Source of the DNA: Ostrea edulis
Taxonomy: Eukaryota
Assembly (NCBI RefSeq): GCF_947568905.1
Contig: NC_079165.1
Location: forward strand, 4,030,001 to 4,094,000
DNA length: 64,000 nt
Direction of reading: 5' to 3'
In this document: in pieces, positions 61,554 to 64,000 of the stretch
Layout of the letters: each line of letters begins with the position of its first letter
Position numbering within the stretch: the first letter of the stretch is position 1
Notes under the pieces: model-generated
Told to the model about the DNA's origin: nothing
Databases searched by the model: none
What the model saw: only the letters and a program-made list of their open reading frames with translations
Made by a program: the position numbers and the translations under genes

Positions 61554-62898
61554 TTACAATAGAAAATGGCCACAGCTTGTTGAGACAAATTTGGCGTTTA
61601 GCATTACACAGTTTGCTGCTAGAATAAGAATAAGCGACACGACAAATCCCAGTCGGTTGAGGAATATCCCGGATCTGAGTCGTTCACAGATGCCCTTCCA
61701 TCTTTTATTGTTGACCCTGTCTTTGCTGTTGGAAACGATGGAGGGTACGTCCTTCACATTTGTCTCATTTCGATGTTTTGATTGATCGCTGTTCTGTTTA
61801 AAATAAACAGTGAAGGAGGAGACAACCAGGGAAACGACCCCACTCACCAAGTGAAGCATAACGTAGATCTCTGTAAAATATTGTAGAACATGCAGTTGAT
61901 ATAGTAATGTATATTTTACCCTAGAAAGCAGTGATGACTTTTTTTCACTGTCCTCTTGAGTATATAGATGTAAATCTTAAGCAAACTGTAGTGTTTAACA
62001 ATTACAGATGATAAAATAACTGTCTTATGAAACATTGATAAAGTCAACTTCCATTTGTATATTTATATTATTTACAGAAAATCTGTGTTAACCACACAAG
62101 CAATTAACTCTCGTAGTGCGAAAGAATATCCTTATCTCTGATAATTATCACCCGTCGTAATGTAACGATGTAAATCGAAGACAGTAATGACCTTCATTTT
62201 GCAGTTACTGCCCTTACACCGGAAGTAGGGGCGTGCTTACCGATGAGGTCCTAAGCTTCAGATAAAATAGCAGTGACAAATAGGGTATAGTAAAGCTTAC
62301 AGTATCAAAATCTTTATTATGAGCGGGGTTTTTACAGGTTGTATCATATTTCTTATAATTACAAAGTTTAGTTTATTCGATTTTACGAAGAACACTTTTT
62401 TTAAATACACTATACATTTCATTAAACCCAAAGGATGGGAAGGGGGAGAAGTATAGCAGATCTATATCCAGTATTTGGTGCTTAATTCTGTCCAAGAAAT
62501 AGTACTATTAATACCAAAACTTTCATGAGTAATTAAGCAGCCCAGACACCTGGGAACAAAAGCACGATGAAACCATATGATAATATAAATATAATCGCGT
62601 ATGTCACATTGTTTTCAAAAAGGGGGGAGGCATGATGGCCTTCACAATTGTATGAAAATTCTTGACAAGCAAAAACAAACAAATGTAACAAAACCCAAAC
62701 CCCCCAAATCCTACATTGTGGAAAAAAGGGGGAAGTCCTGAAATTCAATTAATTGGTTCCTTAAATTTTATAGTTTAATTATAATTCAATACTACTATAT
62801 AAAAAGGGGTAACCTATATATCAAACTTTGTTAAAATAACCAACTTAGCATGTAATGACAACAGATAAAGTACATTTTCTGTAAAATAGGACAGCCCC

Positions 62899-62946
<48 letters not shown>

Positions 62947-64000
62947 CTATGTGCTTGATGGTTTTTTGTGTGTACCTTTGGTTAAGTTGATTTACACAAA
63001 CGTTAATTTTCAAAAGATTGAATCACTCGCGTACGTTAGAAAACAGAGTTCAACAGAAAAATTACATTAGAGATACAGATTTGGTATACTTAATATGTTC
63101 CGTTCATTGCAGCGACACCAGATGTACATATTTTTGTTAATTATTGCATGCGTTGGTTGTACATGTAATTTCTGGCATATTCAGTGTGGTTTTCTGGTCA
63201 TCTATAATATAATTGATAAAAAGTAATAATGAGGAATTGCTCACCCTGATTATTCTGATCTAAACTGAGATGCCGTGGACTGCGGAAAAATCACTTATGG
63301 GACACATAAATATAATAAATGACTAAGAATTTTGTACTGTCATATTATTTGTCAGTAATTACATTTAATTTCTACGAAATTTCCTTAACTGCATGGAACT
63401 TAATTCTAATGAGAAATAGTAAATTATCTATTCCTTATAATCACGCAATCACTTGAGGACCCCTTCGTGTTGTGTGCCCCTGTATTCAGGGGGGGGGGGA
63501 TAACTTGTGCAGCACTGTGAACAATGCATTCCATTCTAATTGAGATTATAACTCGATTGCATAACACTAATAAACTGAAAACTCAAACTTCAATCTAATA
63601 ATCATGAAAACAGTTAAATAATGCTGATCCCAGTCATACCCACTTTACGCAGGTCCCTGATCTACCTACCTAATGCTGGAATGGAGGTAGACACCTCAGG
63701 TAAATCTCCATTTAACTGTAACAGCAAAACCATAAAGGATAGGAACAGAGACATTCCGAATGATATTTTCTCCCCGGATTCGCTGGGAACTAAGAAAGAA
63801 ACGAGAATCAGAACAGCATGCATTGTAGTTGGCACCATATAGAGCATGCTTAAATACAGTGATTTCCTTTGAAGACAGAGAGTTGCTGATCATCAACAAA
63901 GTTAATATACGCCCTGTTCCAATTTGGATTTGATTTGTAGTTTTGTATCATGTTTGCGGAGGTGAATTTCATGTCAACCTCAGATTTAGTATAAATTTGA
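61554..64000 (-). pseudogene. Divergent nAChR-like channel subunit, copy D, frameshifted and 5'-partial
   Basis: Exons >64000-63670 and 61870-61554 with intact splice sites. A 4-nt deletion relative to copy C at about 63879 (CAGCAACTC[TATT]TCTGTCTTC) gives a TAA at 63852-63850, before M1. Confidence 0.85.

Overview
AT-rich, intron-containing animal genomic DNA. The repeat content suggests an oyster-type bivalve, which is an inference. Host genes: (1) four paralogous pentameric ligand-gated ion channel (Cys-loop, nAChR-derived) subunit genes. Copy A (minus, 279-2962) lacks its last exon, which lies beyond the window. Copy B (plus, 36149-40635) is complete at 382 aa and copy C (plus, 51071-56528) at 381 aa. 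Copy D (minus, 61554->64000) is 5'-partial and carries a 4-nt frameshift. A, B and C keep the Cys-loop, nAChR-type 45/110-nt exons and a cation-type GEK/M2 pore, but lack the vicinal cysteines and most of the acetylcholine aromatic box, and loop C is largely deleted and variable in length. (2) One 15-exon SLC6 Na+/Cl- dependent amino-acid-type transporter gene (plus, about 16177-32962, one exon broken by a 139-N gap) sits inside the cluster. Mobile DNA: an intact 4.5-kb Gypsy LTR element with identical LTRs nested in a TTAA-flanked non-autonomous element, a decayed Tc1 (DD34E) in gene B, a second Tc1 relic, a Penelope-like element with many 3' fragments, a LINE 3' fragment, SINEs with two alternative heads, MITEs and minisatellites. 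Three minimal type-I hammerhead ribozyme motifs were found by eye. The most interesting signal is the receptor cluster, a candidate non-cholinergic and possibly chemosensory ion-channel family.
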